64,000 nt of DNA from an uncultured bacterium (GCA_963722385.1 CAVRKK010000002.1:512001-576000); one strand, 5' to 3'. Counted from the stretch's first letter, positions 21,310 to 32,672 are shown. A program made the numbers and translations. The notes: generated from the sequence alone by a model not told the origin.

Positions 21310-22086
21310 TTAATGCTGAGCAAGAGCAGCTAACTCATCGGCAAACAGCGTACCCTTTTTGGCGAGGTGATGCGCAATCTCTTTGAGCGCTTGTTCGTGG
21401 GCCTTTAACAGCTCATACGTTTTCACTTTAATCGCAGCCATGCGTTGAGCAAGCAGTTCGCGAGCTTCTTTACAAAGCCCTTGGTGAGCCAGATCCTGGC
21501 ACTTATAGGCAAAGTCAGCATCCTGCTTGGTTAATTTCTGCCACGCTTGCGTTGTGTCTTGATCACGATAGTCACTTGTTTGACCAAGAAGTATACTTTC
21601 AGCTATAGGACCCGCAAGCATAATCTGGGCCTGCTTAAGATTCTCATCAAGCTGCTCGACTCCAAGCAGTTCATGGCGATCAGCCGCGACGACTTTGCCG
21701 TATTCGAGGGCAAACTGTTCATCACCGGGTAGAGCACCTTTGTCGGCATGAGCCTCAAGCACCTCTACAATCGGCTTATTGTACGTTGTTTCGAAGCCTT
21801 GCTCAACATCTCTTCGCCACGCTCGTATGCTATTTATAACCCTACGCAAACCTTCTTCTACATGGTCCTTCTGATCTTGAACAATAAGCCCCGCGTCAAC
21901 TGTCTGAACCAAGCCTTTAACTTTTTCGATAAGCTCTTCACTCAGATTGCGCCACAAGTCACGTGCTGTCTCAAGCCTCAATAAGCTCAAGCCTCGGGCG
22001 ATTTGTTTCTCGTGCTTCGTGCTGGTTAGCTACGATGGTGCCAGCTGCCCACAAAAAAATATTGCAAAACTTTTGAATTTCATCAT
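21310..22086 (-). pseudogene. disrupted secreted protein with FtsH/M41-peptidase-like C-terminal helices
   Basis: ATG ATG AAA TTC at 22086 hits an in-frame TAG after 18 codons; downstream 'MLAGPIAESILLG...ELLKAHEQALKEIAHHLAKKGTL' resembles the M41 C-terminus; no HEXXH. Confidence 0.55.
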
Positions 22087-22290
22087 TTACCTCATATTAT
22101 CTTGCTCTTACTCTAGCCATTCTAATACAAAAAACCATAAATGACAATTTGCTCTTGTGAAATTTTATCAGACAGAAATTAATGTAGCCATTTTTTCGCA
22201 TCATCTCGCAACTATCATTGAGGTAATGGTAAATTTCGGCAATACTAAAAGAAGATAAAAATAGTGCTCACTTTTTACCTAGTTTTTCCC

Positions 22291-24246
22291 ATGTATGTCA
22301 TAGTCAAGCTGCTCAACGGCTGTCCCCAAGATCTTACCTATTCTGTTCCTGAGCGTTGGCGTGATAACGATCTTCAGGGTGCTCTTGTTACCGTGCCACT
22401 CATGAAGCGCCTTGAGCCCGCGCGCGTTACCACCGTTCTTACAACACTCCCCCCGGTTAGCTATCATATCAAAGATATTCACGCTTACGATCCGGTTTTA
22501 AATGATCCTCTTTATAAAAAATTTATTGCCAATCTAAGTGCTTATTATGCTCTTGACAGCGCTGTATTATATCGCCGACTTCAAGCTTTTTTCAAACAAA
22601 AAGAAACTGAAAACATCCTCTTGCCGCCAACGATTGATAAGCCATTAAGTCATACTCTCACGCAAGAGCAGCAAGCCGTCGTTGACGGTATTGTCCCTTT
22701 TATTGAGCAGCCAAGCTATCAGCCATGCGTCATTCATGGTGTTACCGGATCGGGCAAGACCGAAGTTTACCAAAGCCTTATGAGCGCGGCTCATGCTTCA
22801 GGAAAAGCGGTAATTTTTCTTGTTCCCGAAGTCTCATTAGCAGTACGTTTTGAGCAATTTTTTCGAGGCCGATTCACGGTGCCTATCTTCGGCTTTCACT
22901 CGGCCACCAGCGCGCCCGAAAAAAAGCAGCTTTGGCAAGCACTTCGTGCTCAGAGGCCGCTGGCAGTTATTGGTGTTCATCTACCGACCATGCTGCCTAT
23001 CCCCCACCTTGGACTTATCATTATTGATGAAGAGCACGAAATCGGTTATCAAGAAAAGAAGCACCCCCGCATCAACTCCAAAGAAGCTGCCTTGCTGCGA
23101 GCCCATCTTCATGGTATTCCTGTTGTTCTCGGCTCAGCAACACCCTCAATAAGCACACTCTATAACGTTCAAAAGCGCGGCTGGAAACTATTTACTATAC
23201 GAACACGCTTTGCCGGCGCCTTTCCCCAGGTAAGTATCGTCAAGCTCAAGCAATTGAGCAAAGAAAGGCGTCATTCATTTTGGATCAGCAAGCAACTCGA
23301 AGTAGCTATTGCTCAGCGCTTAAGCAAAAAAGAACAGGTCATCATTTTTCTTAACCGGCGCGGGCATAGCTTTTTTATGCAGTGCGAGGGATGCGGCTTT
23401 ATTTTTCGGTGCGTTAATTGCTCGGTTACGTTGACCTTTCATCAAGAAGAAAAGCTGTGTTGTCACTATTGCGGTTTCAATCGCGCGCCGCCAACCATCT
23501 GCTCTGCGTGCTCAAGCACAAAATTTCTGAAAAAAGGTATCGGTACGCAGCAGATCGTCACGGTGTTACAGCGCTTGTTTGGCCACGCACGTATTGGGCG
23601 CGCTGACCTTGATACAACGATTAATAAAAAAAAGTGGCAGCAGACCATAAACTCGTTTTATAACCGTGAGCTTGATATTCTTGTTGGCACGCAGACAATT
23701 ACCAAAGGGTACCATTTTCCGCAGGTGACGCTGGTCGGCATATTGTGGGCTGACATGCATCTGAGTATACCGACCTACAATGCCGGAGAGGCGACGCTTC
23801 AGCAGCTGATCCAAGTTGCTGGCCGTGCTGGCAGGCAGCACCCTGAAAGTTCTGTTATTGTACAAACAATGCTTGATCACACGCTTCTTGAATATGTCGA
23901 CGAGGCTAAATATCTTGATTTTTATGAATATGAGCTCGCCCTACGGTCGCAAATGCATTATCCGCCCGTAGCTCGATTCGCTGAAATAGAACTTCGGCAT
24001 GAGGATGAGCAGGTCGTTCATCAGGAATCTTTGGCCTCTGCAACATTTTTACGAGATATGCATCATGATAAGGTACGCATACTTGGGCCAGCCCAACCGC
24101 CCGTGCATAAGATAAAAAACATTTACGTGCGTAAAATTTATCTCAAGGGAAATGCGATGCGTGATCTTATCAATCTCTATAAGCAGCTTGAAGCACTTGC
24201 TCTTCAATCAGGTGTAATTTTTACCCCTAACCCATTGAGCTTTTAA
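22291..24246 (+). CDS. priA: primosomal protein N' (replication restart helicase)
   Basis: HGVTGSGKTEVY, DEEHE, GSATPS, LNRRG, Cys clusters, QVAGRAGR. Confidence 0.96.
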   Translation: MYVIVKLLNGCPQDLTYSVPERWRDNDLQGALVTVPLMKRLEPARVTTVLTTLPPVSYHIKDIHAYDPVLNDPLYKKFIANLSAYYALDSAVLYRRLQAFFKQKETENILLPPTIDKPLSHTLTQEQQAVVDGIVPFIEQPSYQPCVIHGVTGSGKTEVYQSLMSAAHASGKAVIFLVPEVSLAVRFEQFFRGRFTVPIFGFHSATSAPEKKQLWQALRAQRPLAVIGVHLPTMLPIPHLGLIIIDEEHEIGYQEKKHPRINSKEAALLRAHLHGIPVVLGSATPSISTLYNVQKRGWKLFTIRTRFAGAFPQVSIVKLKQLSKERRHSFWISKQLEVAIAQRLSKKEQVIIFLNRRGHSFFMQCEGCGFIFRCVNCSVTLTFHQEEKLCCHYCGFNRAPPTICSACSSTKFLKKGIGTQQIVTVLQRLFGHARIGRADLDTTINKKKWQQTINSFYNRELDILVGTQTITKGYHFPQVTLVGILWADMHLSIPTYNAGEATLQQLIQVAGRAGRQHPESSVIVQTMLDHTLLEYVDEAKYLDFYEYELALRSQMHYPPVARFAEIELRHEDEQVVHQESLASATFLRDMHHDKVRILGPAQPPVHKIKNIYVRKIYLKGNAMRDLINLYKQLEALALQSGVIFTPNPLSF

Positions 24247-24787
24247 CAATAGGCTTGAAGAAGTAGGCGCGGTAATGTTTAAGCTCTTCAATAGAAGCGT
24301 ACACATCTTCAAGCGCTCTATGATTGCTCTTTTTTTCAAACAAAGCGTTGGGATCTCCGGTATACCATCGGCGCACGACTTCCTTAATGGTCGTGACATC
24401 AATGATACGGTAATTAAAATATTGATCGAGCTCCGGCATAAAGCGCTTAAGAAATGCGCGGTCTTGGTAGACAGAGTTACCACATACAGGTACGTTCTTT
24501 TTGCAGCACCGGCGAGCAAAATCAAGCGTCAGCTCGTATGCTTCGGCAAGCGTGATGTGGGATGATCTCACACGGTCTAAGAGTCCAGAAGAACTATGTT
24601 GATTCTTGTTCCAGGCATCCATTTTTTCAAGCACAAACTCGGGCTGATGAATAACGAGCGAAGGCCCCTCCGCAATGACATCGAGCGTGTCATTGGTCAC
24701 CACGCTTGCTACCTCGATAATAGCATCCTGCGCGAGATTAAGACCGGTCATCTCAAGATCAATCCAAAACAATGAGCCTTGCAACAT
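24227..24787 (-). CDS. orn: oligoribonuclease
   Basis: WIDLEMTGL, CGNSVYQDRAFL, YRIIDV, HRALED. Confidence 0.95.
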   Translation of the reverse strand: MLQGSLFWIDLEMTGLNLAQDAIIEVASVVTNDTLDVIAEGPSLVIHQPEFVLEKMDAWNKNQHSSSGLLDRVRSSHITLAEAYELTLDFARRCCKKNVPVCGNSVYQDRAFLKRFMPELDQYFNYRIIDVTTIKEVVRRWYTGDPNALFEKKSNHRALEDVYASIEELKHYRAYFFKPIVKSSMG

Positions 24788-25100
24788 TAGGTAACCTTTA
24801 TGTATTAGAACAGACTAGCAATCATTGGTTTGTATGACAAGAAAAAGCGATTTGACGTTCGAGATATAATTGAGCAAGCTCAGCTTCAGCTCTTTGTACC
24901 TTCGATGATTTTTAATCGTACTGGATTTAGCTCAGCTTTACTTTTCGTTAAAGACGCCATAGATTCTTTAGAAGATGGGCGGGAATCCTCCTCAATTCAT
25001 TGAGGAGATATAAGGCACAGTGCCGCAGACACAATCTTGCATGAGGAAGTCACATTATAGAAAATTGTTCTGATATTAATCATAAGCAGGTAGCTTCATT

Positions 25101-25703
25101 ATGAGTTGTTTCATGATAAAAAATGCCCCAAAGACCCTAATTTTAAGCATAACTTTGCTTCTAATTCTAGGCGTAAAAGAAACTCGAGGTAGTTGTCCCT
25201 TTGTTGCTACAAGCTATACTTTGCCCAGTAGCTATAGCTATCCTCTAGCAATAGCATTTTCACCGAATGGCTTATATGTTGCAACCGCTAATGATATTGA
25301 TCCAAGCAATGTAACACTATTTAAGCTTGTATGTCCAAGTCCTGCGGTTTCTTATTCATTGCCCTCCGGCTCCCAGGAACCAGACTCAGTAGCCTTCTCA
25401 CAAGATGGTTTGTATCTTGCTACAGCAAATTATAACTCAAGCGATGTAACGATTTTTAAAGTAAATCCTAATAGCACGAACACCAGTCTTGTTCTCGGCA
25501 CCTCTTTCCCCTTACCTAACGGCTCACTGCAGCCTAAAAGTATAACTTTTTCCTACGACAACTCATATGTAGCAACAGCGAACAGCAATTCGAATGACGT
25601 TAGCCTCTTTAAATTCGTAAGCGGTCAATTAACGGGAGGAATTTCTTATGCGCTGCCCACCAACTCAACCCACATTACGGGCCAGAAATATAAAAAAAGC
25701 TGA
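25101..25703 (+). CDS. truncated beta-propeller repeat protein (about 3 repeats, no TM); possible pseudogene
   Basis: signal peptide plus AFSPNGLYVATAN repeats colinear with the middle of 29940-32240; ends abruptly after 'YALPTNSTH'. Confidence 0.7.
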   Translation: MSCFMIKNAPKTLILSITLLLILGVKETRGSCPFVATSYTLPSSYSYPLAIAFSPNGLYVATANDIDPSNVTLFKLVCPSPAVSYSLPSGSQEPDSVAFSQDGLYLATANYNSSDVTIFKVNPNSTNTSLVLGTSFPLPNGSLQPKSITFSYDNSYVATANSNSNDVSLFKFVSGQLTGGISYALPTNSTHITGQKYKKS

Positions 25704-25844
25704 TAGAAGCAGCAAGCAAAATAGTTTATTGTGCAAAAATATTTCCAAGGCCAGCGTGCTCTTGTGTCCGCGCTTAGGCAGGGGACTTAAGTTAATCCGT
25801 TAAATATGCTATTATTAAGAAAACGGATGATACGATGGCGAGCT

Positions 25845-27134
25845 ATGTCCCAGATCAAAAACACGGCGCCTTCATTGTCGGCTATCCCCCTTCTACCAGG
25901 GGTATACCTCTTTAAGGACACAGAACAAAATATTCTCTATATCGGCAAGGCAAAGTCGCTGCGCACGCGTGTGCGTTCCTATTTTCGGAAGCAAGAGTCT
26001 GACTGGAAAGTTGAGTCGCTCATAAAAGAGCATGCCTCAATCGACTATATCGTAACCGAAAGCGAGGTAGCAGCGCTCCTGCTTGAGGCCCAGCTTATTG
26101 CCAAGCATAAGCCGAAGTACAACGTTCTGCTCACCGCGGGCAATCCGTTCCTCTATGTGCAATTTACCGCCGGTCCTTTGCCTGAAGTTAGCCTCGTCCG
26201 CACAAAAAATGGCAAGGGCACGTATTTTGGGCCGTTTATTCACAAAAAAGAAGCACGCGCCGGTTACCAGTACCTTATGCGCACTTTTCGCCTGAAGCTC
26301 TGTGGCAAAAAAATAGAAAGCGGCTGCCTCGATTACCACTTGGGAATATGTGCAGGCAGTTGCTTGCCAGCGTTTGATAAAGAAGAGTACCTCACGCGCG
26401 TCAAGCTTGCTCAAGAAACACTTAAGGGCAACTTTAGGCAGGTCGCCAAAACACTTAATGAGCACATCGCTCACCATAATGCCCGACGCGAATTTGAAAA
26501 AGCACAACGGCTTTACGCCTACCTTAATAATTTGGAAACAATCTTCGCCAGCCTCAAGGCTCGCCTCCATAAAGACCCCTACGAAGGCGAGATATTTGCA
26601 CGAACAACGTCGCTTGCCCTTACGAGCACACTCTATGAGCAGGGGCTTACTGACTTACAGAAGCTCCTCAAGCTGCCTACGGTTCCGGTCAGCATCGATT
26701 GCTTCGACATCTCGCACTTTCAGGGACGCTACCTCGTCGGATCCTGCGTCCGCTTCACCCAGGGCCGTCCTGATGCCAAAGGGTTTCGCCGATTTAAAAT
26801 TAAAACGCTCACCGAGCAAAATGATTACGCGGCACTTGCCGAAATTGTAGGCCGCCGCTACGCACCAACCGCATCAGCTTCGGCACTCCCTGATGTAATT
26901 TTGATTGATGGTGGCAAGGGCCAGCTCAGCGCGGTCAAAGACCTTGTCAGCCCAACCATATGCATCAGCCTTGCCAAGCGCGAAGAGACGCTTTTTACTC
27001 CCTATCACCCCGAGGGGATCAAGCTTGATATTAAAACAGCACTCGGCCAACTCTTAATTGCTCTGCGTGACTACGCACACCATTTTGCGATAAGCTATCA
27101 TAAGTTACTTCGTACCAAAGGGAACACAACATGA
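25845..27134 (+). CDS. uvrC: excinuclease ABC subunit C (short form)
   Basis: GIY-YIG (PGVYLFK...YIGKAKSLRTRVRSYF), CFDISH, DYAAL, LIDGGKGQL, LAKREE, LRDYAHHFAISYH. Confidence 0.9.
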   Translation: MSQIKNTAPSLSAIPLLPGVYLFKDTEQNILYIGKAKSLRTRVRSYFRKQESDWKVESLIKEHASIDYIVTESEVAALLLEAQLIAKHKPKYNVLLTAGNPFLYVQFTAGPLPEVSLVRTKNGKGTYFGPFIHKKEARAGYQYLMRTFRLKLCGKKIESGCLDYHLGICAGSCLPAFDKEEYLTRVKLAQETLKGNFRQVAKTLNEHIAHHNARREFEKAQRLYAYLNNLETIFASLKARLHKDPYEGEIFARTTSLALTSTLYEQGLTDLQKLLKLPTVPVSIDCFDISHFQGRYLVGSCVRFTQGRPDAKGFRRFKIKTLTEQNDYAALAEIVGRRYAPTASASALPDVILIDGGKGQLSAVKDLVSPTICISLAKREETLFTPYHPEGIKLDIKTALGQLLIALRDYAHHFAISYHKLLRTKGNTT

Positions 27135-29686
27135 AACCAGAGCTCTTTACATCGCTTGCCCAAGAACTTATCAATCAAGCGGTCCATTGTGCAACCGAGC
27201 TTGAAAGCCCCGCGGTAACTCCGCTGCATGTTATGCGCGCAACGCTCGATGACGAATTTTGCCTTTCATTTTATCGGCTGCTACCGCTCGATATCGAAGC
27301 CCTTAAAGCACTCACTGATCGTGAGCTTTCGCACTTACCACGCGCGAAGGGAGGTCAGCTTACTGCTGACTACACATTTAGCGATCTATTGAGCCGGGCA
27401 GAGCAGGAATCGAAAAAACTCAACGACCAATATATAAGCCTGGAGCATATTCTGCTTGCTTTAGGTAGCATAACCTTACCAAGCACCATCCAAGATGCTC
27501 TAAAGAAAGCCGGCTTTACGCATGCGGCACTGCTCAAGCAAATCCACGCCTTGCGCAAGGGAAAAACCGTTGATAGCAAGAGCGCCGAGAGCCAATACCA
27601 GGTGCTCGAGCGTTATTGCCAAAATTTAACCCAACAGGCACGTCAAGGAAAGCTTGACCCGGTCATAGGCCGGCACGATGAAATCCGAAGGGTCATCCAG
27701 ATTCTATCGCGACGCACCAAAAACAATCCTGTGCTTATCGGTGAGCCGGGCGTCGGGAAAACCGCAATTGTTGAAGGTATTGCTCAACGCATTGTAAATA
27801 ATGACGTCCCAGAAAGCCTACGCGGCAGCACGCTTTATGCGCTTGATCTCGGACTTTTGATAGCGGGCGCAAAGTATCAGGGAGAATTTGAGGAGCGCCT
27901 CAAGGGTGTTCTTAAGGAAGTAGAGAGCACGCATGACCATGTTGTGCTTTTTATTGACGAGCTCCATATGCTCATCGGCGCTGGAGGTGCTGGCGGCGGC
28001 ATGGATGCCTCGAACCTTCTCAAGCCGGCGCTCGCCCGCGGAACACTCCATTGCATAGGAGCCACAACGGTCAAAGAATATCGAAAGTATATCGAAAAAG
28101 ACCCAGCACTTGAGCGGCGTTTCCAGAAAGTGCTCGTGGAGGAACCATCGGTAGAGGATGCGGTGTCTATTTTGCGCGGGCTCAAAGAGCGCTACGAATT
28201 GCACCACGGCATTCACATTAAGGACCAGGCGCTCGTTGATGCGGTGCTGCTTGCCAGTAAATATATCACCGATAGATTTTTACCCGATAAAGCTATCGAC
28301 CTCGTCGATGAAGCGGCAGCGATGGTTAAAATGGAAATCGAGTCACAGCCAGAAGAGCTTGATGCGCTTGAGCGCACCATTCGCCAGCTTGAAATCGAGC
28401 GCCTCGCTTTAGCAAAAGAAACAGGCGAGGTGGCCAAAAAGCGCTTGACGGAGCTCGAAAAAGAGTTGGCTCAATACAAAGAGAAGCATGCGACACTGCT
28501 TAACCAATGGAAAGCTGAAAAGGAGCCTCTCCAAAAAATACAAAAAATAAAGGAAGAAATAGAGTCAGTTCAGAACCAGTTTCAACGTGCTGAGCGAGAA
28601 GGCGATTATGCCAAAGCGTCGGAGCTTAAATATGGCAAGTTGGTCAAGCTGCAGCAGGATTTGGCAAACGAGCAGGACAAAATTAAGCATCTGCCACATC
28701 TGCTTATCAAAGAAGAAGTGGACGAGCATGATATAGCAACCGTTCTTTCACGTTGGACAGGCATTCCTGTTGAAAAATTACAAGTAAGCGAGGCCGAGAA
28801 GCTGATCGGCATGCGCGATATTCTAAAACGGCGTGTTATTGGCCAAGACGAGGCAATTGATGAAATTACCCACGCCATCCAGATGCATAGGACGGGATTG
28901 ACTGATCCGCATCGGCCAATTGGGTCATTTCTCTTCTTGGGACCGACAGGTGTTGGCAAGACTGAAGTCGCCAAGACCTTGGCTGATTTTTTGTTTAATG
29001 ATCCCAAAAGACTTATCCGTATTGATATGTCAGAGTATATGGAAAAGCATACGGTAGCACGGCTTATCGGTGCCCCACCGGGCTACGTTGGTTACGAAGA
29101 AGGCGGCCAGCTGACCGAAGCAGTTCGGCGCCATCCTTACAGCGTGCTTTTATTTGATGAGATCGAAAAGGCGCACCCCGATGTGTTTAACCTATTTTTG
29201 CAAATTCTTGATGAAGGTCATTTAACCGATGGGCAAGGCCATATCGTATCATTCAAGAATACTATTATTATTATGACATCCAACATTGGCTCGCCATTTA
29301 TATTGGAGGCAGGGAAGTTGACGGAGAGCGTAAAAGAGGAGATTATTAGCCTCTTGCATAAGACGTTTAAGCCTGAGTTTCTCAACCGTATAGATTCGAT
29401 GGTATTCTTTAAGACGCTCACTCACGAAGACGTTGTTAAGATTGCGCATATTCAGCTTGAGGAGCTCAAGAAGCGCTTGCTGGTTCAAAACATAGTGCTT
29501 GACCTGCAGCAAGGGGTTTTGGAGCACCTTGCCTCATTGGGGTACCAGCCTGAATTCGGCGCACGTCCGTTACGCCGTGCGGTGCAGCAATACATTACCG
29601 GCCCCATGGCAGAGTTCTTGCTCCGGCATCCGGGCATAACGCATATAACCGTGACCGTGCATGATGGGACCTTTAAGCTTTCTTGA
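27131..29686 (+). CDS. clpB: AAA+ disaggregase ClpB
   Basis: two AAA modules ([16 protein letters not shown]), middle coiled coil, [20 protein letters not shown]. Confidence 0.96.
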   Translation: MKPELFTSLAQELINQAVHCATELESPAVTPLHVMRATLDDEFCLSFYRLLPLDIEALKALTDRELSHLPRAKGGQLTADYTFSDLLSRAEQESKKLNDQYISLEHILLALGSITLPSTIQDALKKAGFTHAALLKQIHALRKGKTVDSKSAESQYQVLERYCQNLTQQARQGKLDPVIGRHDEIRRVIQILSRRTKNNPVLIGEPGVGKTAIVEGIAQRIVNNDVPESLRGSTLYALDLGLLIAGAKYQGEFEERLKGVLKEVESTHDHVVLFIDELHMLIGAGGAGGGMDASNLLKPALARGTLHCIGATTVKEYRKYIEKDPALERRFQKVLVEEPSVEDAVSILRGLKERYELHHGIHIKDQALVDAVLLASKYITDRFLPDKAIDLVDEAAAMVKMEIESQPEELDALERTIRQLEIERLALAKETGEVAKKRLTELEKELAQYKEKHATLLNQWKAEKEPLQKIQKIKEEIESVQNQFQRAEREGDYAKASELKYGKLVKLQQDLANEQDKIKHLPHLLIKEEVDEHDIATVLSRWTGIPVEKLQVSEAEKLIGMRDILKRRVIGQDEAIDEITHAIQMHRTGLTDPHRPIGSFLFLGPTGVGKTEVAKTLADFLFNDPKRLIRIDMSEYMEKHTVARLIGAPPGYVGYEEGGQLTEAVRRHPYSVLLFDEIEKAHPDVFNLFLQILDEGHLTDGQGHIVSFKNTIIIMTSNIGSPFILEAGKLTESVKEEIISLLHKTFKPEFLNRIDSMVFFKTLTHEDVVKIAHIQLEELKKRLLVQNIVLDLQQGVLEHLASLGYQPEFGARPLRRAVQQYITGPMAEFLLRHPGITHITVTVHDGTFKLS

Positions 29687-29939
29687 TCTTGGACCTCTGA
29701 AATACGTCAGGTTCGAGTTTTTTAAATGCTTTGATCATAGCCAAAATCAAAAAACTATTGAGACGCATAAACGCGTCCCAACTTGAGTTCTCAAAACCTG
29801 ACCAATGGGATTGTTATTGGACCATATCACTCAAACCACCTTTGCCTTGGCTAATACTTTTAATCACACCCTGGTGAAATTGACAAAAAAAGCAACTTGT
29901 CTACTATAGGTTTAGCTCAAATATTAAAGGGAGAGTTTT

Positions 29940-32240
29940 ATGTTTTTTATGCGAGGAATAGCGGTACCTGTTTTTTTAAGTTTAGCGCTTGCTTGCTTAA
30001 TAGGCTCTCGCATGTGCTCTATTTGTCCCGTATCTGGTACAAATTTTGCTTTACCGAAAGGTTCTGTGCTTCCTGGTACCATAAAGTTTTCACCAGATGG
30101 CTCTTACATTGCCACGGCTAATTACACATCAAATGATGTGACAATATTTAAGGTAGAAGCGGACGGAACTCTTGGCAGTGCTCTTTCTTACTCTTTACCT
30201 TCAGGAAGCTCTAATTCTACCGGATTAGCTTTTTCACCTAATGGTTTATATCTTGCTGTTGCTAATAGCGCTTCTAATAAGGTAACTATGTTTACGGTAG
30301 GAGAGAATTGTGTTCTCGCGCAGGGAACTTCTTATGCCTTGCCCTCAGGCGCTACTTTTCCTTTTAACGTTGCCTTTTCACCTGATAGTTTGTATCTGGT
30401 TACTACTAACAGTAGCTCAAATAACGTGACCGTGTTTACCGTAGAAGCAGGTGGCATACTAACAGGAGGGACCTCTTATGCGCTACCTGCGGGATCTACT
30501 AATCCTACAGGGCTAGCCTTTTCTTCTGATGGCCTATATCTTGCTATCGCTAATGACAACTCAAATAATGTAACTATATTTACTGTTGGGTCAGCAGGGA
30601 CCTTGACTGGGGGTATTTCGTACTCATTACCTCCAGGTTCTACCAGACCGGTAACTATAGAGTTTTCTCCCGATCAATCCTACCTTGCTACCGCTAATCA
30701 GGGTTCAAATGACATCACCATATTTAAGGTAAGCGCGGCTGGATTGCTAACAGGAGGAACTTCTTATCCATTACCTTCAGGCTCACTGGTACCTAGACCA
30801 GTACTCTTTGCACCCAATGGCTTACATTGCATGACCGCTAATTATGGCTCAAGCGATGTGACGGTCTTTCAAGTTGAGGCAGGAGGCGTATTAGATAACG
30901 GTATTTCTTACGCATTACCTTCAGGTTCTAACGGTCCCACGACGGCAGCACTGTCTCCCAATGGCTTATACCTTGTTACGGGGGATGCTAACTCAAATAC
31001 GGTAACCCTTTTTCCGGTTGAGTGTCTTACTAACCCACCAGTTTCTTATCCCTTGCCACAAAGCTCTTACCAGCCTGACTCAGTTGCCTTTTCACCTAAC
31101 AGCTTATATCTTGCAACAGCAAATTATAATTCAAGCGATGTAACGCTCTTTGCCGTTAACTCTACCGGTGTGCTCGACAGCCTTTCTTTAGGAACCTCTT
31201 ATCTATTGCCACGAAACTCATTGCATCCCTCTTCGGTTACTTTTTCTTTCGATAGTGCGTATCTTGCGACAAGCAATAGCGCTTCTCATGACGTTACCCT
31301 CTTTAAGCTTATAGCTGGACAATTAACTAATGGAAGCTCATATACGTTGCCTGCCGGATCTACTTATCCTGCATCTTTAGAGTTCTCACCAGATGATTCA
31401 TACCTTGCGGTAGCTAATAGCGACTCAAACGATGTTACCATTTTTGAAGTTGCAGCAGGCTTATTGAGCAGTGCTCTTTCCTACCCATTGCCCCCAGGAT
31501 CTAAGCAACCCCAAGCAGTAGCCTTTGCTCCAGATGGTACCTATCTTGCTACAGCAAACACTAACTCAAGTAATGTAACGCTCTTTAAAGTAACAGAGGG
31601 AACACTTAGCGGCGCTCTTTCTCAAGCCTTGCCTCCAGGATCCAGTGAGCCACGAGCACTTCTTTTTGTGAACTTTTCAAACGGTGGGCTCGGTCTTGCC
31701 ACCGTAAACAGTGGGTCAAACGACGTAACCCTTTTCGATATAGAAGGAGGTACTCTGAATGTAGGACAATCTTTTCCTTTGCCTTTTAATACCAGCAGTC
31801 CCTTATCATTATCGTATCATCATCCGTACCTTGCTACTGCTGATAGTCACACAAATAGGGTGACTCTCTTCATTCTTAATGGGACTAATTTAAACCAAGG
31901 TACTTCTTACTCCTTGCCTGTCCATTCAAATGATTGTGTAGCGATCGCTTTTACGCAAAGTGTACTTACTAACGGGAATTCTTATCTTGCTACGGCAAAT
32001 TTTGAGTCGAATGACGTGTCACTCTCGCCGCTTCTTATAGGTACGCAAGGTAGTGCTGGAGATGGCAGCACTCTACCCTTAGGGCTTGTTATAGGGGTAA
32101 CTGTTGGAATTCCTGTTGGGCTTGCTTTTGTAACAGCTACAACGGTTGTTGCAGGTATCTTGTTTTATAAGTACATCTATCGTCGCCCTGCCCGAGGTAG
32201 CGTTAATTTTACCACCGAACAAGTCAAGGATGACCTATAA
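29940..32240 (+). CDS. beta-propeller repeat surface protein with signal peptide and C-terminal TM
   Basis: ~14 repeats of ~48 aa (lactonase/YVTN-like blades), TM 'LPLGLVIGVTVGIPVGLAFV...ILFY', basic stop-transfer KYIYRR. Confidence 0.85.
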   Translation: MFFMRGIAVPVFLSLALACLIGSRMCSICPVSGTNFALPKGSVLPGTIKFSPDGSYIATANYTSNDVTIFKVEADGTLGSALSYSLPSGSSNSTGLAFSPNGLYLAVANSASNKVTMFTVGENCVLAQGTSYALPSGATFPFNVAFSPDSLYLVTTNSSSNNVTVFTVEAGGILTGGTSYALPAGSTNPTGLAFSSDGLYLAIANDNSNNVTIFTVGSAGTLTGGISYSLPPGSTRPVTIEFSPDQSYLATANQGSNDITIFKVSAAGLLTGGTSYPLPSGSLVPRPVLFAPNGLHCMTANYGSSDVTVFQVEAGGVLDNGISYALPSGSNGPTTAALSPNGLYLVTGDANSNTVTLFPVECLTNPPVSYPLPQSSYQPDSVAFSPNSLYLATANYNSSDVTLFAVNSTGVLDSLSLGTSYLLPRNSLHPSSVTFSFDSAYLATSNSASHDVTLFKLIAGQLTNGSSYTLPAGSTYPASLEFSPDDSYLAVANSDSNDVTIFEVAAGLLSSALSYPLPPGSKQPQAVAFAPDGTYLATANTNSSNVTLFKVTEGTLSGALSQALPPGSSEPRALLFVNFSNGGLGLATVNSGSNDVTLFDIEGGTLNVGQSFPLPFNTSSPLSLSYHHPYLATADSHTNRVTLFILNGTNLNQGTSYSLPVHSNDCVAIAFTQSVLTNGNSYLATANFESNDVSLSPLLIGTQGSAGDGSTLPLGLVIGVTVGIPVGLAFVTATTVVAGILFYKYIYRRPARGSVNFTTEQVKDDL

Positions 32241-32672
32241 AAAAATACAAGTATGGGATTCTAGCAAACTCCTTCTGTGCTTTTTTCATGCTTTTTCGGT
32301 TGCAAATTTTCGAAATTTCATAATAGTCGAAACGGTCAAAAATAAGCATTATTATGCTAAAAAAAGTCTCAAAATGATCTAGCTCATTGAAGCCTAGCGA
32401 TACCGGGCTTACCTCTCGATCCAATCAAATGTTACTTATGGCCTTGTTGCTAATAAAGCAACTTCTCTGACTTCAATAAAGGTTGTAATTTTTACAGCTT
32501 TTAACAAATATTGACATTTTCAAAATTTTCTTGTTATGCTTATTCTTAATAGAAAATTATTTGTTATAGTAGAATTGATTGCTCAGAGGAAACTAGTGAT
32601 ATACGAAAGCAAGTATTCGCTCTTAACAACTAAAAGCATCGAGCCATCAATCAGATATTTTTATTAATGAGT

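Noticed and set aside
21310..22086. Stop-codon recoding (TAG readthrough)
   Set aside because: TAG, TGA and TAA all end conserved genes in this window, so the standard code 11 applies.
24830..25060. Possible decayed ORF containing 'TILHEEV'
   Set aside because: Too short and interrupted to assign to any family.
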